A stretch of DNA of 63,963 nucleotides, filler included, from Chiloscyllium plagiosum (lineage: Eukaryota): NCBI RefSeq assembly GCF_004010195.1. It is 5 parts of one record of this genome, joined end to end, with 100 filler letters (N's around TTAATTAATTAA, not from the genome) between each part and the next. Parts side by side here need not be neighbours in the genome. Positions count along the whole stretch, not along the records: positions 59,427 to 63,963 come from NC_057716.1; 4 more parts are not named here. One strand, 5' to 3'. Positions 61,171 through 63,963 of this stretch are shown here, piece by piece. The position numbers and the translations under genes are program-made. Positions within the stretch are counted from its first letter, which is position 1. Each line of letters opens with the position of its first letter. The notes beneath the pieces were generated by a model that did no database searches, was not told where the DNA came from, and was given only the letters and a program-made list of their open reading frames with translations.

Positions 61171-63129
61171 TATTCAGGAAGATCATGGGATGTGAATAAA
61201 TGCTGGACTAGTTCAAACTGTTAGTCTCCTGAGTTTGAATAAATCAGCCGGGGGATAAATGTAGAGAGAAATTTATCTTTCACCTCATTATGCTTCAGCT
61301 GCTCTGGGAGTGCTGGATGGTTACATAACAAACCAAAATAGTGTGTTCCATTTCCAGAACTAATAATCCTCACCTTAATGACCACAAAATTCATAAAATA
61401 ACCGTGGAGTCAAGCAGTAGATTTATCAACTGAAGAAACTTGGCGGATTTTCTAGTTTTCTTGGAACAGCTTGTCCCCGACTGTAACTTGAGCACAGCAG
61501 GTCATTATCAATAGGTTTGTGCAGACTGATAGGGAGCCATCGTTTTCCATTTACCCGAGTCCCTGCTGAGCATTGTCTCCGAACACAGCACAACTCAACA
61601 GGAATTGCAGTTTTAAAAAAGAGTTTCCCATCAGTCTTGCAATGAAGCAATGACACAGAAATCAATGCCATCCACTGGATGTGCGCTACTAATACCTGCT
61701 CCCAAGTCATTTCATTCAAACTGTCTGTAGTCCGGGCTCCACAGAGAATATCTTACTAAGGTTTTGTCTGAAAATGAAGAATCAGTTAAATAAAGTAGCA
61801 TGAACTACCTGATGGAGCAAATAGTTCACTTTGACAAAACTTGCCCTTTAAAGATAACATCCCAATGATAAATAATCTGTTTCCATTTATCCCCAACCTA
61901 TTAACTAGTAAATTCTGTGGACATAATGAAGAATTCATCAGCACCCAAGCATTCCTTTGAAGCATATTTGTCCTCAATTAATAGGATTCTTTTGTACTTT
62001 TCTTAAATAGTGGAGTCCGCAATAATATATTATCAACATTGAAAAAAAACCCACATTGATTAACAGTATAATAATTTAGTGATTCTCAATAAAGTTATAG
62101 TTTTATAGTTATATTTATAGTTTTGTTCATTAGCAGCTAAACCAATTTATCATAGTAAATTTAGATCTTATCTCTTTGATGTTTGTCAAACATCATTTAA
62201 ATTGACTCATAATTGCTCTCAAACACACTGTAATGTTATGACCATTGTTTTTATGATGTTCCTATAGTCTCAGATTGTTTACTTATGCTGGCTCATTTGT
62301 CACTACTAATCCATTGCTTGGTTAATTCTAAACCAACATTGTTTCTAAAAGAAGACAGCTTTTGTATGGAGGACGCATTCACAGTGGGTATACGATTGAG
62401 TCCATTTTCCTTAACATGTTGCTGACTGACAAAACAGACTGTGAATCGACTACATTTTGTACCTAAAGGTGAAAGAAACTCACCATTGTCAATCGTATTT
62501 CTTTTCAGATATTATCAGACAACTAATAATTCATCAAAGACAATTCAGTGGCAAATGGTTCAACTTGCTGTCTAATTTCACAGGAATAAAAATTTAGTAG
62601 AGATCCTATTCTATGGCCAGGAGGTCATGTGAATCAACCATGACAAGTGGAGATCCCAAATGATCAACTGGAATCCAGGCTTTATATCATCATTCATATT
62701 ATTCTTTATCAACCTGCAATGAAGAGATGAGTAGAACCAATGTCCCACTTAGTTCTGTCCATTTGAGTGGGTTACATTAAAATTTCATCCAGATTTATCA
62801 TTTATATGAAGCCAACTAGCATTCAAATAAGAACTTCATCAATTTCATTTTTTTGGCTTACTTATGTTAATTGCTATTGCTACATGTAACCTTTCTTTCC
62901 CCTTCAATGGGAAAAGAAACTAACTTTATCTAATTTGCAATTCACAATGACAATAGGCTTCATAATCTAGTAGGTAGAACAATGTTGTCTCAGATAATAG
63001 TCCCTGTTTATTATTTTGTTTGCACACCAGCAGTCATCACACTTCAAGATAATTCATTGTATGCAAAGTGGTTTGAGGCATTTCTGAGACGTGATATTTT
63101 ATGAATATGAATTGCTAAGTCACATATGA

Positions 63130-63470
63130 ATAAAAGAGTTTGCTTTGATCTAGTGCCTTTTATGACCTCAGGATGTCCCAGAGCACTTGATAGCCTATTA
63201 ATTACTTTTGAAGTGAAGTCACTGTTTTAATGTACAGAGAAGCAACAGCCAAATTTGTCACAGAACTATCCTGCAATGAGATAAATGACCTAATCTTAGT
63301 TCAGTCATATTGGTTGGGAAATAAACACTGGTCATGACAGCTGCTGAACACCATTGTTTTTTTCTTTCTCTAATTAGTACCACGGGATCATTTATACCTG
63401 GTATGAGTGGCTCAGTTCAACACCTCTTCTGAAAGACTGAACACCCAAGGATGCAGCATCCCTCAGTTAG
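63130..63470 (-). mobile_element. SacSINE1/DeuSINE-like SINE, old
   Basis: Reverse complement of the core and tail (GTGACTTCACTTCAAAAGTAATTAATAGGCT..GGGACATCCTGAGGTCATAAAAGGCACTA). Confidence 0.65.
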
Positions 63471-63579
63471 CTGTTCCTCAAACAATGTTTGAAGACTCCC
63501 TTTGGCTTAACAGAGGCCACCTTGTCTTCTGATGGATTGGGAAATCTTTCAAGCTCAACAGAAAGCCACAAAAAAGCTG

Positions 63580-63963
63580 CAAAGAAAAGTAAGATAGATT
63601 ATGAGAGGAAACTAGCTCAGAGCGTAAAAACAGACAGCAAAGGTTCCTATGAAGATATAAAATGAACAAGAGTGGCTATGGTAAGCATTGGTCCTTTCGA
63701 GGATGAGAAGAGGGATTTAATAATGGGAAATGAGGAAACAGCTGAGGCACTGAACAGGTATTTTGTGTCGGTCTTTACAGTGGAGGACACAAACATTTTG
63801 CTTGTTCTATTCTTTAGACCTAGTTTTTTTATTAAAAAAGGTTATTTTTATAGGGATGGCAGTGAAGGCAGTGCAATGTTCCTCTTGCAACATGTTTGAG
63901 GTGAGGGATGCTATGGACGTCCCTGCTGATTACACTTGCAGGAAATGCACCCATCTCCAGCTC
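63580..63963 (+). mobile_element. CR1 ORF2 fragment followed by the start of another CR1 ORF1 (ATG at 63856)
   Basis: ETAEALNRYFVSVFT, then MAVKAVQCSSCNMFEVRDAMDVPADYTCRKCTHLQL (CxxC..CxxC). Confidence 0.85.

Overview
This is eukaryotic, repeat-dense vertebrate DNA, almost certainly from a shark or other cartilaginous fish. The inference rests on HE1/V-SINEs, SacSINE1/DeuSINE-like copies and shark-type CR1 LINEs. The only host gene I can support is the 5' end of CACNB4 (calcium channel beta-4, b-type N-terminus) on the minus strand. Its coding exon 1 is at 18329-18397/18412, exon 2 at 17737-17829, a GC/CpG-rich promoter at about 18420-19100, and intron 2 runs off the left edge. Most of the rest is nested transposon debris: many CR1 copies (one near full length), one 5'-intact L1 with an internal deletion, L2 and Rex/Babar-like fragments, solo-LTR-like elements, PIF/Harbinger remnants, a tRNA-Glu pseudogene and many Penelope-like (PLE) fragments. 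The most notable unexplained structure is three sequence families of PLE-associated short elements. All three fold into the same ultra-minimal type I hammerhead ribozyme, and several copies are flanked by 15-17 bp target-site duplications. All family assignments come from recognising motifs by eye; no searches were run.
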